This document shows positions 62,437-64,000 of a stretch of 64,000 nt of DNA, piece by piece. The stretch is from Stegostoma tigrinum (lineage: Eukaryota). Made by a program: the position numbers and the translations under genes. Under the pieces are notes generated by a model, which was not told where the DNA came from, made no database searches, and saw only the letters and a list, made by a program, of their open reading frames with translations. The stretch spans positions 13,989,342 to 14,053,341 of the forward strand of contig NC_081391.1 in the NCBI RefSeq assembly GCF_030684315.1, given 5' to 3'. Position 1 is the first letter of the stretch; each line of letters opens with the position of its first letter.

Positions 62437-63656
62437 GTGAGTTTTGTCTTGATGGAGTTGAAATTAAATCTATTCTGCAAAAATGAGCTGATCCTCTTGT
62501 TTCTAATTAACTTCATAGTCTTGTAGATTTGAGGAGTTTAAGTTTGCACCTTGAAAAATCATTTTGGGATAAATGTAATGCCCTTTGGTGACAATGGATT
62601 TTGATATTGATGTGCAGTATCTAATTCACCAGCTGGGATTGAGTGATAGATGGAGGGCAAATTGTTCTGTCAATTATTTTACAATTTACTGCCAGGTCTC
62701 TGCCTGGTGGTAACTGTCGTTTTCCTCCCCAGAATTGACCAAACTTTACTAAAATTAGATGTAATGGTGTTGGGAGTTGTAGGCACCCCTTGGCTAGTCA
62801 TCCTGTAACATTTTAATTTACCTTGATCACACTTAATTTGTGCTCTGATCCTAAATACACATGCCAGTTTCCATTCTGTGATGGAGAATGATGGCAGTGA
62901 CTGGCTTCTCTGAGCATATGCACTTGTAACTTGCATTGAGGAGGCCTCAGATGTGGACTAGTTGGCTTTCTGCATTCTCAGTTCATGAATGGACTGTTAG
63001 TGGTCAGGAAGTCACTTGTTGTCCATTCCTCCAATAGATCAATACCCTCCTGTGAGTGCATGCACAGGGTGTCTGGAATAACCTGAGGTCTTCACTTCAC
63101 CAAAAAAGGTGAAGAATTGGAGTTTCAAATTCCCACGGTATGGGAAATAGTGCCTTTCTCCAGGGAGCACTGTGCCTATGGCCTCTCAAAATGGCAGGCT
63201 ATAATGGTTTGTAAATGTTGAAGCAGCTTTTGAAGGCTGCTAGATACCTGGTAGATAGTGGACACTGGGAGTGCATTCACTCACTCCCTTCAATGAGGTG
63301 GGCTGCTCTGTCCTGCATAGTGTCTACTTTGTGCATGTTGCAGCTCCACTTCTTGGGAAAAAGGGAGAATATTCATCCCTCCATGGGGCTTATGTCTGAG
63401 AAGCATTCTCTTCCCACTCTGAGGATGAAATCCCTGTACCCTTCCCTTTAGCAGGTGGGAACAGCTATCACCAATAAGCCTGTTGGGTCTTAACTGTTAG
63501 TGGTGTCCCATATCAATTGGGCAGCATGTGCCCAAACAACCTACTATTGTATATCTGTGAGATGCAGCTACCCGAGAAAAGCCAGAGAAATTTACATGAC
63601 TGTTTTTTGACAAAAGAAACTTCTCAGCCTGATCAGTTGGAACTAGATAACCTGCT

Positions 63657-64000
63657 CTAACAAGGTGTAGAGCTGGATGAACACAGCAGGCCAAGCACCA
63701 TCAGGGGGAGCAGGAAGGCTGATGTTTTGGGCCTGGACCCTTGAGAAATGGGGAGGGGAAGGGGTCCCTGAAATAGGAAGGGGTGGGGAGGTGAATGGAT
63801 GAGGGATAAAGAAACAGGTGGTGAGGAGACTCCAGTCTGAGGTAAGGATGGAGCCAATCAAGTCAAGTGAGTTGAGTAGGCCTGTCCGTGGGGATGGGAT
63901 TTGAGGTGGCGGGGGTCGGCGGGAGGTGGGGTGGTGTGGGGAAGTAGGTGGGAGGAAGGACGGACCAGTCGGGGAGGTGGGAACTAGCTGAGCTGTGATT
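63657..64000. mobile_element. Longer member of the same Penelope-like family, running off the window
   Basis: taacaaggtgtagagctggatgaacacagcaggccaagc...gctgatgttttgggcctggaccctt followed by a G/A-rich body. Confidence 0.6.

Noticed and set aside
1-64000. Prokaryotic-type systems (CRISPR arrays, operons, retron or DGR reverse transcriptases)
   Set aside because: The sequence is intron-containing vertebrate DNA; all RT-like ORFs are broken non-LTR retrotransposon fragments and there is no repeat-spacer array.

Overview
Vertebrate genomic DNA, not microbial. The repeat content (CR1-type LINEs, V-SINE/HE1-like SINEs, Penelope-like inverted repeats) suggests a cartilaginous fish, probably a shark (inference). 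The whole window is a head-to-tail tandem array of 4-exon ferritin genes on the + strand, labelled A-I here. It contains the 3' UTR tail of an upstream copy (1-90), an exon 3-4-only fragment (A) and a promoter-deleted copy (B). C, D, E, G and H have intact 176-codon frames, F is a nonsense pseudogene, and I runs off the window after exon 1. Every copy in which the codons are visible carries L-chain-like substitutions at the ferroxidase centre (E62K and Q141E, human H numbering); the copies with open frames keep E27, Y34, E61, H65 and E107. None has an iron-responsive element in its 5' UTR. They share a promoter cassette: DR1 AGGTCAAAGGTCA, two inverted CCAAT boxes, an E-box, a CRE/ETS-like motif and a TATA box. 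Exons are homogenised even at synonymous sites while introns and 5' UTRs are diverged. The array also shows a ~26 kb higher-order duplication and chimeric copies. Most ORFs in the supplied track are exon read-throughs, antisense shadows or retroelement debris.
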